The position numbers and the translations under genes were made by a program. A stretch of 63,316 nt of DNA, counting the filler, from Octopus bimaculoides (Eukaryota): NCBI RefSeq assembly GCF_001194135.2. It is 5 parts of 5 records of this genome, joined end to end, with 100 filler letters (N's around TTAATTAATTAA, not from the genome) between each part and the next. Parts side by side here need not be neighbours in the genome. Positions count along the whole stretch, not along the records: positions 21,527 to 46,035 come from NC_068990.1; positions 46,136 to 55,310 come from NC_068981.1; 3 more parts are not named here. One strand, 5' to 3'. Positions 42,552-52,509 of this stretch are shown here, piece after piece. Each line of letters begins with the position of its first letter. Within the stretch, counting starts at the first letter, position 1. The notes under the pieces were generated by a model. The model was given only the letters and a program-made list of their open reading frames with translations, was not told the DNA's origin and ran no database searches.

Positions 42552-43050
42552 GCACGCATATATATATATTTATATATGTATGCATACAGTATGTATGTGT
42601 ATGTATGTGTGCATGTATGTGCCTCCCTCTATGTGTGTGCGCGTGTGTGTGTGGGTGTGTGTATGCACAAGTGCATGTCCTTACATCAGCTATAATGTAT
42701 TCCTTCTAATGCAGTTCTCTACTATCCTAAGAGATTTTTCTTTACCATTTGATGGCAGCAGAGCTAATCAGATAGATGGTTATTCTGAGAATATTTGTTC
42801 TCTACTTTCTTGAGCAATATATGAAATGTGTCAGTGCTGTGGTATTGGCTGCATCATGGAAGCAAGAAAAAAAGTGCAAAAAATAAGAGAGAAAGTAAAG
42901 TCGAAAATTTGGCTTAAAATTGAATTTCTTCACAATGAAATCTTACTACGTTTTTTAGATTCTAATATTATTATCATTATTATTTTTTTTATATTTTGTC
43001 TCTTTTTCTCTCTTTTACAATATATATATATGCATGTGTGTGCATATATA

Positions 43051-43106
<56 letters not shown>

Positions 43107-43932
43107 CACACAGAGGTGCACGCATGCACACACACAAACACATACATAGTGTCGTTGTTGTCGTCATCATTGTCACCATCATCATCATCACCGTCATCAT
43201 TTAACGTCCATTTTCCATGCTGGCATGGTTTCTGCAGATGTTCTTCCTATCACCAATCACTTTACAGAGTGTACTGGGTGCTTTTTATATGGTACCAGCA
43301 CCAGTTTGAATACCAAGTAACTTGCTAGATAATACCCACCTCAGCTGAGGTAAGGAGAAGTTCTGAGGGACAGTAAAAGGTGTTTTGTACAGCTACCTCA
43401 GGTGGAAAGAGAGAGAGAGTGGAGAGAGAGAGAGGGGAAAAAGATAGAGGAGAAAGTGAAGATGGTGATGGTTTGATTGAGAAGGGGGTGGGGGCCATTT
43501 AGCCAAGTTACAGGAAGGTGTATATCGAGGACTGTAGAGGGTGAGTGAATGAGAGAGTTCAGGAAAGGAGAGTGAGTGATGGAGGTTGAATGTAATGAGG
43601 AGATACAGGTAGAGGGAGAGGTTATTAAGAGGATATATTGTGGGGAAAAGATTCAATGGGGGCATATTGTATGCAAGAAGGTACTTGAACAAGAGCAAAG
43701 AGGAGTACAGTGGTTTGTGAGCATTGGTGGGGGAAGGGGAATGGTTATGTCAGCAGGCTCAAAGTTTGGGTCCCACATCAATTCAATGAAGCTAAAATTC
43801 ATCCAATGGATTTCCAGTGGTGATTCATTGCTGAAATGTGAAGAAAACAATTCTTTTTCGAAGAAAACACAGACATTGAACAAAAAATGGATTGTTTTCA
43901 AATCGTCTTTCACTTCCAAACTGTATATATAT

Positions 43933-44811
43933 GGTATATGGCATCAAAAAGTTGCTGGACTAGTGCACCAAAAGATGGCAGCACACGGGTGTGTGTACAG
44001 TGAAAACTAGCAGTGACATTCAAGAGGCAGTGAGCCAGGTGACATCATTGTGTTTACTTCACAAATTGTGAAATTTGTGTTGTAGCCTGCAATTTTTGTC
44101 ATGAACAGGAAGTTAGAACAAAGAGCTAACATGAAATTTTGTGTTAAACTTGAGAAGTCTGCTACAGAGACATCGAGCTTGCTTTGGTAAACTTACATTA
44201 ATGAGGCAATGTATTGTACTCAATGTTTTGAGTGTCATGGGCGCTTCACAAGTGGAAGAATATCCCTGGAAGATGATGTGTGATCTGAAAGACTTGCCAC
44301 AAGTGTCACCCCTGGAACTGTGGAGAAAATTCATCAGCCTGTTCATGAGGATCGTCAAAAGACAATCAATGACATTGCTGGTGTTGTCGGTCTGTTGTAT
44401 GGGGCTGTACAGGCAATCCTAACATCTGGGAAGAATTGGATTCTTCATGACAATAATGCACCATCACTAAGCTCTCCTCACTCTTGAGTTTCTTGGAATA
44501 ACCATTATATCACTTCTGCACCCGTCCTATTAACCAGATTTACCACATGTAGACTACCATTTCTTCTCCAAGATGAAAATGCAGCTCAAAGGTCACCATT
44601 TTAACACAATGGTGATCCAGAGTGAATCGCAGAAGGTCTTTGACTCACTTAGGGAAAATGACTCCCGGGCTAGATTCCAAAAGTGGCAGGAATGCTGGGA
44701 CAGGTGTAATGCTATACAAGGTGACTATTTTGAAGATGATATTAAAACTTAGGTGAATAAGTTATTTTTTATTAAACGTAACAAGTTCAGGAACTTTTTG
44801 ATACTACCTTG
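43933..44811 (+). mobile_element. Internally deleted mariner (irritans-like)
   Basis: MNRKLEQRANMKFCVKLEKSATET at the start; WILHDNNAP and RFQKWQECWDRC...GDYFE at the end; TIRs sharing atcaaaaagtt. Confidence 0.85.
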
Positions 44812-45261
44812 TATGTCTCTCGTTGCTCACATGTGACAATCGTACATCTTTCTTTTCCTACACGGACGTTCAAAGGACTGGATGTTTTCTTTCTCTCCTT
44901 TCTATCTTTTCTCTTTTCAAAGAACCTATTTCTCCCAGCGTTCACTATGCTCCTCTCGTTCTAGACTAATGACCCTCCATGTTTGTTTTCATTAAGTTTC
45001 TTTGTATGACACCACTGTTTTGTTTTTGTTCCCAACTTTGACCCTCCATAAATGGTAATTTTTATTTTGGAATTTATGGGAGCAGCTATCTTTGAAGACC
45101 CATATTGCCATTGAATGCTTGAAATCAGGAGCAGATAGACAGCTGACAACTGATGAAGAGTCGTTCTCTGTTTACTTTCCTGTTCTCCATTTTTTTCTCT
45201 CGTTTGTGTATTTACATATTTCATGTTTTTTAGACTGTTGGTGACGATCTGTACCTATATA

Positions 45262-45321
<60 letters not shown>

Positions 45322-46035
45322 TGGCGTGCGGTGACCTCCGGGTTTGGGCATGCAATGACTTTCTCCCCTCCCCCACTGGAAATTCTTCAGTAAAAGAATT
45401 TTCGTATTCCTACGATTTACATATGGAAGATTCTGAATATGCAATCACCCCCGTATGATCTAGATATAAGCAGGGAATAAAAAAAATGGCTCTGTAGAGA
45501 TGAGCCTGAATATGTGTATTGTTTGTATCTTTCTCTCTCTTCGAAACGTCAGTACTTTCCGATCTTCATTCTCCCTTTAAAATGTCTAAAAATCATAAGT
45601 GAAATGGAATAAAGATGAAATTAGATTCTGTTGATATTCTTGCATATTCGGAATCTCTGTTAAAGGTAGGAATCCGAAAAAAAATTCTCAAAAAATTTTC
45701 GTTTTTCAAAGGGCGTGCGATTCTGCATTAGCCCCTATATCTATTGGTTCAGCTGAATCAATTTGAAATGATTTAATAAAGAGAACACATTTAGTTACGT
45801 TATATGGCCATGGTTTTAGATCGTTACGCTCTCGAAGACAAGTCAGGTGCTTTATCATGCTACTTGTCAATTCCGGGAAGAGTATTGATACTCAAGCAGA
45901 CTGTTCTGAGAATTATTGAATTCCGTATATTAAAAGACTACGTCTCACACGCACACACATTGAAAATACACGCATATACATGAATACACACACACAATGA
46001 AAGACAGCCAAAATTCAACATTGTACCCCCCCCCC

Positions 46036-46135
46036 NNNNNNNNNNNNNNNNNNNNNNNNNNNNNNNNNNNNNNNNNNNNTTAATTAATTAANNNNNNNNN
46101 NNNNNNNNNNNNNNNNNNNNNNNNNNNNNNNNNNN
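46036..46135. other. Assembly spacer (44N-TTAATTAATTAA-44N)
   Basis: Same structure as the other spacers. Confidence 0.97.
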
Positions 46136-46164
46136 AATATATATATGGGGATATAGCATCATAC

Positions 46165-47290
46165 AACGTGGAAGACAATTGGAGATTTCTGCGGGACAAC
46201 CTGCTGAGAGCCACAGACCAGATATGTGGCTGGTGTAAAGTCCCCTCTCAACCCAAAGTAACGTGGTGGTGGAACAAGGAGGTAGACAGGGCTATTAGAC
46301 AAAAGAAACAGGCTTGGAAGGACTGGAAGAACGGTGGTAGCAGGGAATTGTATCAGACTGCCAGAAGGGAAGCTAGGCGACAGGTTTATTTAGCCAGAGG
46401 GGAAGCAGATAAGAAAAAAATTGCCAATGTTCTGCGCCGTGAGGACCAAAGACTTAAGGTATTTCGTGTTGCAAGACAGTGTAGGAAAGAGAATCATGAT
46501 GTCGTAGGAGAGAAATGTGTTCGCATAGATGATGGTATGGTTGCACTAAATGAGGCTGCAAAGAGAGAGGTTTGGAGATACCACTACAATAGATTGCTCA
46601 ATAAAGAGAATGAATGGGAGAAAGAGAGTCTGCCGTATGTTGACCCAACAGAGGGACCTGCTATCCGAGTTGACAGTACCATGGTAGATAAAGCAATTAA
46701 GAGCATTAAGACAGGGAAAGCCCCCGGCCCATCAGGAATCACTGCAAAGATGCTCAAAATATCTGGCAGTGTCGGCTATAGCCTAGTCACCTGTAGAGTT
46801 AATCAGGTGATACACGAAGGAGTCATACCCAATGACTGGTGTAGCAGCACCATAGTCAACTGCTACAAAGGTAAAGGTGATGCTTTAAATACAAATAATT
46901 ACAGAGGTATCAAGTTGTTAGATCAGGTAATGAAAGTTACAGAGAGGGTCATAGCCCAACTAATTAGGGAGCGAATCAGTTTAGATGAGATGCAGTTTGG
47001 GTTCGTGCCAGGGAAAAGCACCACTGATGGTATATTTCTGGTAAGACAGCTGCAGGAGAAATACCTAGCAAAGGATAAACCTCTGTACCTGGCTTTCGTT
47101 GACATGCACTAATTGCTGAGTCACTATCAGAACTAGAGGAGAAGTTTCAGGTGTGGAAGCAGAAACTAGAATCGGAGGGCCTTAGAGTCAACCTAGCTAA
47201 AACCAAAGTCCTAAGTAGGAAGGTAGATAAAACACAAACCCCTTCAGGTAGGTGGCCCTGCTCAATATGTAGAAAAGGTGTAGGTATGGA
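46165..47290 (+). mobile_element. RTE LINE ORF fragment with an internal RT deletion
   Basis: ORF 46168-47112 contains KAPGPSGI, YKGKGDAL..NNYRGIKLL, QFGFVPGKSTTD and LYLAFVD. It then jumps directly to LIAESLSELEEKFQVWK, skipping the YADD region. Confidence 0.95.
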
Positions 47291-47700
47291 CATGTTGTTG
47301 TTATCTTGGTTACTTCTAGGGTAGTTAGAGTTTACGCCTACACTGTCGTTACTATTATTGTTATTACCTCTATTGGAGTTGTTCAAAGTTTCACTACCTC
47401 TATTCTTTCCGCCGTTAATACTGGTGCTAGATCTATTAGCCTTATCAACATTATTATTAATTATATTGGAATTGTGACTAGTATAATTATTGCCGTAATT
47501 ACTGTTTAAGGTGGAACTGGTTATTCTATTTACTTTATTTTTTACTTTTGATCTCTTATCTTATACACGCTAGTTAAATATAATCCAACCTATTTAACAT
47601 TCACTCTATGCTGAATTGTGGTACAGTATGGGCAGATTTTTTAAATCCAACGAACATTTATGCAGATATAACTTTTTAAAGGATAAACCTATTATAATGG
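47290..47700 (-). mobile_element. Possible Penelope-like linker fragment, Asn-rich
   Basis: Decayed FKKSA.Y....A...LDYI-like segment followed by an N-rich tract. Confidence 0.35.
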
Positions 47701-47931
47701 ATAATACTAAGCGGACTTTTTCTTTTTCCCTTTCTTTACCCTTTTCCTTTGTGATGTAATCTTGGGACTAGCAATGTTTGTGGCTGAAGATAGCTTTAAA
47801 TCATCCTTTATATCAACAATATATACTGATGTAATGACAGATTGTGTATAAAACTTGAAACACATGTACTGCGATATCCTTTGTGTTCTGTTTTCAATTT
47901 ACGTTTGATATATATATATATATATATATAT

Positions 47932-48760
47932 ATGAGGTGGTGAAGCACGACCTTCGAACATTGGGTCTCACTGAGGCAATGACCAGTGACCGGGACCTTT
48001 AGAAATATGCTATGCTTGAGAAGACCCGACAAGCCAAGTGAGACCATAGCTCATGGCCTATGCCAGTGGGTGTAACCAGCCCATTTATGAACACCCCTCA
48101 TTCATTGGACAATAAACCTTGCTTGTGAAGACATTGAGGGAAGTGAAATCAAATCAAAATTGCTGATGTGGCCGATGACAGTACTGCCTGATTGGCACTC
48201 GTGCCAGTGGAATGTTAAAAGCACATCCGAATGTGGGGCTTAACCAGCCCACTTATAAGTACCCCTCATTCATTGGACAATGAACTTTGCTTGCAAAGAC
48301 CTATTGAGGTAGGTTTAAACAAATCAAAATCACTGACGTGGCTGATGACACTACTGCTGATTGGCACTCATGCCAGTGGAATGTTAAAAGTATATCTGAG
48401 TGTGCTCGTTGCCAGGGCCAGAGATTGGCTCCAGTGCTGGGAAAACGTAAAATGCACCATTCGAGCGTGGTCTTTGTCAGTATCGCCGGACTGCCTCCTG
48501 TGTAGATAGTATGAAGAACACCTTTTGAGCATGGTCATTGCCAGTACCGCCTGATTGGCCCTCGTGCCAGTGGCATATAAAAGCACCCACTACACTCTTG
48601 AAGTGGTTGGCATTAGGAAGGACATCCAGCTGTAGAAAGTTTGCCAGATCAGATTGAGCCTAGTGCAGCCTCTGGCTCACCAGTCCTCAGTCAAACCATC
48701 CAACCCATGCCAGCATGGAAAGTGGACGTAAAACAATGATGATGATGATGGTGATGATGA
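47932..48760 (+). mobile_element. RTE LINE 3' end with internally duplicated 3' UTR and (GAT)n tail
   Basis: EVVKHDLRTLGLTEAMTSDRDL; duplicated unit of about 167 bp at 48066-48400; tail ccaacccatgccagcatggaaagtggacg. Confidence 0.88.
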
Positions 48761-48835
48761 TAATATATATACACATATAATNNNNNNNNNNTTAATTGTC
48801 CACGTTAGTGGTCGACGTTATTTTCCAAAATGTAC

Positions 48836-48955
48836 CTTAATCCCCTGAGATTGCAGATAATATTTCTGAATCTCTTTGATTCTTTAGATGTGCTGGCCTC
48901 CTGATAATTAATCGATATTAATTAATATGTGACTAATTACCAGATTTTATAATAA
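48836..48955 (+). repeat. Unclassified interspersed repeat (second copy at 57548-57672)
   Basis: cttaatccc.tgagattgcagataatatttctgaatctctttgattcttta.atgtgctggcc.cctgataattaatcgatatta is shared between the two copies. Confidence 0.8.
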
Positions 48956-48975
48956 TATATGTATATATATATATA

Positions 48976-50208
48976 TTGGGTTTGCTGCTAAGTTCCTGCC
49001 ATATTTTTTAATTTAAATTTTTTTAAATGTTTAATAAAAAATAACAACTAATTAATCAATAATGTATTCACCCTTGTTGTTTACAACTTCTTCCCAACGT
49101 TCATCAAGGTTTTCAATACCTCATTGGTAAAAATCACCTGATTTTGACTCGGAAAATTGATCCAACCAAGCTCTCAATTCTGCATCAGTACTGAATGAAA
49201 CTCCATGCATAGCATTTGAAAGAGGTGGAAATCTACTGGTGCCAAATCAGGAGGGTATGGTGGGTAGGGCAGCACTTCCCAGCCATGTGTCTGAATGACT
49301 TCCTTGGTCATATTGGCGATATGAGGGCAGGCGTTGTCGTGCAGCAGAACTCCATGCTGCCAATTAGGTCTTTTCTCTTGAATAGCCGTGTTGAATCGTT
49401 CCATCTGTTGCACATAGAGTTCCGCATTGACCGTTTGGTTCCATTCAAGCTATTCATAATGGATAATCCCTTTCCAGTCCCACCATACGTACATTGTTTT
49501 ACGTGGATGAAGATCTTGTTTCACAAGCAGTGTCGCTTGTTTACCGGGGCTAAGCCATTCCTTACGCTGCTTCATATTGATGTACAGGCACCATTTTCTG
49601 TCACCTGAGCAGTGATGAGTAAGCAAACCAGCGGAGATTGTGGCTCATTGATTTTTATTGTTGTCACTTAAAGCATGTGGAACCCATGCTCCATACTTCT
49701 GAACCTTTCCCATCGAGTGAAGATGCTTCTCTGTAGCAGTGTGGGAGCATTCCACTTTCTCTGCCAGTTCCCTTGTTGTTTGACAAGAACTTTCATGCAA
49801 AAGTTGGTTTAATCGCTCTTCATTGAACTCAACTGGACGGTCAGAACAAGGTGCATCTTTGAGGTCAATATTTCCATTTTTGAACTTGGCATACCAATCA
49901 CGAGCGGTTCTTTCAGCTATGGCACCCTCTCCATACACAGCACAAATGTTGCAAGTAGCTTTTGTGGCCTTAGAACCTTCATTAAAAGTGAAAAGAAGGT
50001 GGTGTTGAAAATGCTCGTTTTTCTTAACTTGACATTCCATTTTAATGATCTGAAAATAAACAAAAATTAACTAAAATTAACTAGAAAAATAAAAAAAACA
50101 ATATAGATTCCAAAATAGAATTCTCAAAAAAAAAAAAAAGATTCCAAAATTTAAAAACAATAAATTCCAAAATTTAAAACAACAGTGAGAACTTAGTTGG
50201 CAACCCAG
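48976..50208 (-). mobile_element. Near full-length mariner, inactive (same family as 24030-24800)
   Basis: Imperfect TIRs sharing gggtt...ctaagttc. MECQVKKNEHFQHHLL..., then HDNACPH and YPPDLAPVDFHLF (D34D type); stops, frameshifts and an internal deletion. Confidence 0.95.
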
Positions 50209-50298
50209 CCTGGTGTTGCCATCCGGTTTCACCAGTCCTCAGTCAAATCGTCCAACCCATGCTAGCATGGAAAGCGGACGTTAAACGATGATGATGAT
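50208..50298 (+). mobile_element. 5'-truncated RTE tail insertion abutting the mariner TIR
   Basis: ccagtcctcagtcaaatcgtccaacccatgctagcatggaaagcggacgttaaacgatgatgat. Confidence 0.8.
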
Positions 50299-50325
50299 AT
50301 ATATATATATATTATATCTATATAA

Positions 50326-52400
50326 CTAGCAGTATAGCCCGGCATTGCCTGGGATTAAGTTAAGATTATTAAGCTAATCAAACACTTTGTTTCAAACCAA
50401 ACTAAGTAACATCGACGTCAAATTTGAGGGAAATCCGTTTAAATTGGTAAACGTTTGGCTGAAAATGGGTTGCAGACAATTTGACTGGAAAATCCCATAA
50501 GAAATCAGTTTATCGATTTTTCCACTCATTGATTGTTTTTTTCTTTTTGGGAGAACTTAAAGCATTCAAAGATCTCACGAGTCCTAAGTAACGCCAGCAT
50601 CAAGTTTGAACAAAATACATCAAAATTGGTTAACGTTATGGTTGAAAATGTGGTGTAACCAATTTTAGTGAGAAATCCTATAAGGAATTGGTTTATCGAT
50701 TTTTCATCCTGATTGAATGGAAAACCCCATAAGGAATCAATTTATTGATTTTTCACCCTACACAGCAGTTCATTGATTTTTAACCGAACACAACATTACT
50801 GATTCAAAAAGTCTATATTTATACTTTAAAGTTGGTTTTCACACCCAACCCAGTTCTGCAGAATCAGTGTCGCGACAGGAACACATGGGTTGGGAGTTTG
50901 ACTGGCAGAGGTGATCAGGTTGCACATGCTGGCCCTTTCGAACCTCCCCTCCCATCACCTAACTCCCCCTCCTTGGCCCATGGGTTGGGAGTTCTTCCAG
51001 CAAGGAAAATAGAATGCCCAAAAGGGCTTCTGATCCTCTGTGTCAGAAGAGGTATGTTCAGATCACGTGTAAGCCTTAACCTAAGACCAAACTAACCTAG
51101 TGAAAGGGGGCTCAGGAGCCTCTGAAAAGCAGTGACTAATCCCGATATAGACCTAACCCCTCCTAGAAGTACTATCGGTCAAGGTTGCATTGAAGATATG
51201 CATTGGAGAAGGTTGCGTTGGAGATCTACATCGAAGATCTGCATTGGAGAACTACATCGAAGATCTGCATTGGAGAAGGTTTCATCGAAGGTTTGCATGC
51301 TATTATATATATANNNNNNNNNNNNNNNNNNNNNNNNNNNNNNNNNNNNNNNNNNNNNNNNNNNNNNNNNNNNNNNNNNNNNNNNNNNNNNNNNNNNNNN
51401 NNNNNNNNNNNNNNNNNNNNNNNNNNNNNNNNNNNNNNNNNNNNNNNNNNNNNNNNNNNNNNNNNNNNNNNNNNNNNNNNNNNNNNNNNNNNNNNNNNNN
51501 NNNNNNNNNNNNNNNNNNNNNNNNNNNNNNNNNNNNNNNNNNNNNNNNNNNNNNNNNNNNNNNNNNNNNNNNNNNNNNNNNNNNNNNNNNNNNNNNNNNN
51601 NNNNNNNNNNNNNNNNNNNNNNNNNNNNNNNNNNNNNNNNNNNNNNNNNNNNNNNNNNNNNNNNNNNNNNNNNNNNNNNNNNNNNNNNNNNNNNNNNNNN
51701 NNNNNNNNNNNNNNNNNNNNNNNNNNNNNNNNNNNNNNNNNNNNNNNNNNNNNNNNNNNNNNNNNNNNNNNNNNNNNNNNNNNNNNNNNNNNNNNNNNNN
51801 NNNNNNNNNNNNNNNNNNNNNNNNNNNNNNNNNNNNNNNNNNNNNNNNNNNNNNNNNNNNNNNNNNNNNNNNNNNNNNNNNNNNNNNNNNNNNNNNNNNN
51901 NNNNNNNNNNNNNNNNNNNNNNNNNNNNNNNNNNNNNNNNNNNNNNNNNNNNNNNNNNNNNNNNNNNNNNNNNNNNNNNNNNNNNNNNNNNNNNNNNNNN
52001 NNNNNNNNNNNNNNNNNNNNNNNNNNNNNNNNNNNNNNNNNNNNNNNNNNNNNNNNNNNNNNNNNNNNNNNNNNNNNNNNNNNNNNNNNNNNNNNNNNNN
52101 NNNNNNNNNNNNNNNNNNNNNNNNNNNNNNNNNNNNNNNNNNNNNNNNNNNNNNNNNNNNNNNNNNNNNNNNATTAGGAGGTCAGGGTACTTGATTCTAT
52201 GCAAAAAATCCGAGTTTTTTTCTTTTCCTTAGTGAAAACCATGCAGGTGTTAATCTAAAAATTTACCCTTTGTTTTTCTTTCTCGCCATTGCTAGACAGG
52301 TAACTTAACTCATATTAGCAAATTTACGGATTTCACTGACATGGTAATTGGTAAAAGTTATGGTTGAAAATCGATTTTTACCACTATCTGCGGGTACCTT
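50326..52400 (-). mobile_element. Non-autonomous Helitron-like element (3' end at 50326)
   Basis: On the - strand: hairpin CCCAGGCAATGCCGGG, 8-nt spacer, CTAG, then T. Internal sub-repeats (ttggt.aa.gttatggttgaaaat) occur on both sides of the N gap. The 5' boundary is not defined. Confidence 0.55.
51180..51300. repeat. Minisatellite of 12-16 nt subunits (gatctgcattggagaa / gatctacatcgaa)
   Basis: Direct tandem units just before a gap of about 860 N. Confidence 0.75.
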
Positions 52401-52509
52401 GGGGAAAATAAGTTGACAAAAACACAGCCATGATTGTGACCAATGTCCTCCTTTTGAATGGTACTTTTGAATGGGCTGGGGCTGGTTATGTGAAACTGGT
52501 GTAGGATAC

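Larger units (their letters stand above)
26323..45170 (+). pseudogene. Possible decayed, intron-containing gene for a coiled-coil-rich protein (exon-like islands)
   Basis: Exon-like islands at 26323-26371, 26422-26478, about 28949-29135, 29798-, 34132-, 35729-35842, 36556-36607, 37046-37149, 38904-38942 and 42715-42894. Most have AG/GT borders and several junctions are phase-compatible. Several carry in-frame stops or a one-base frameshift. Confidence 0.35.

Noticed and set aside
43329-43349. 21-nt micro-exon with a gtaagg donor
   Set aside because: It lies within an RTE 3' UTR-derived repeat.
46168-47112. 314-aa ORF as a host or domesticated gene
   Set aside because: It is an RTE fragment lacking the catalytic YADD region and an ATG start, next to a scaffold edge.
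51180-51300. CRISPR-like array
   Set aside because: The units are contiguous with no unique spacers, there are no cas genes, and the context is eukaryotic. The same applies to the 29-bp and 176-bp repeats.
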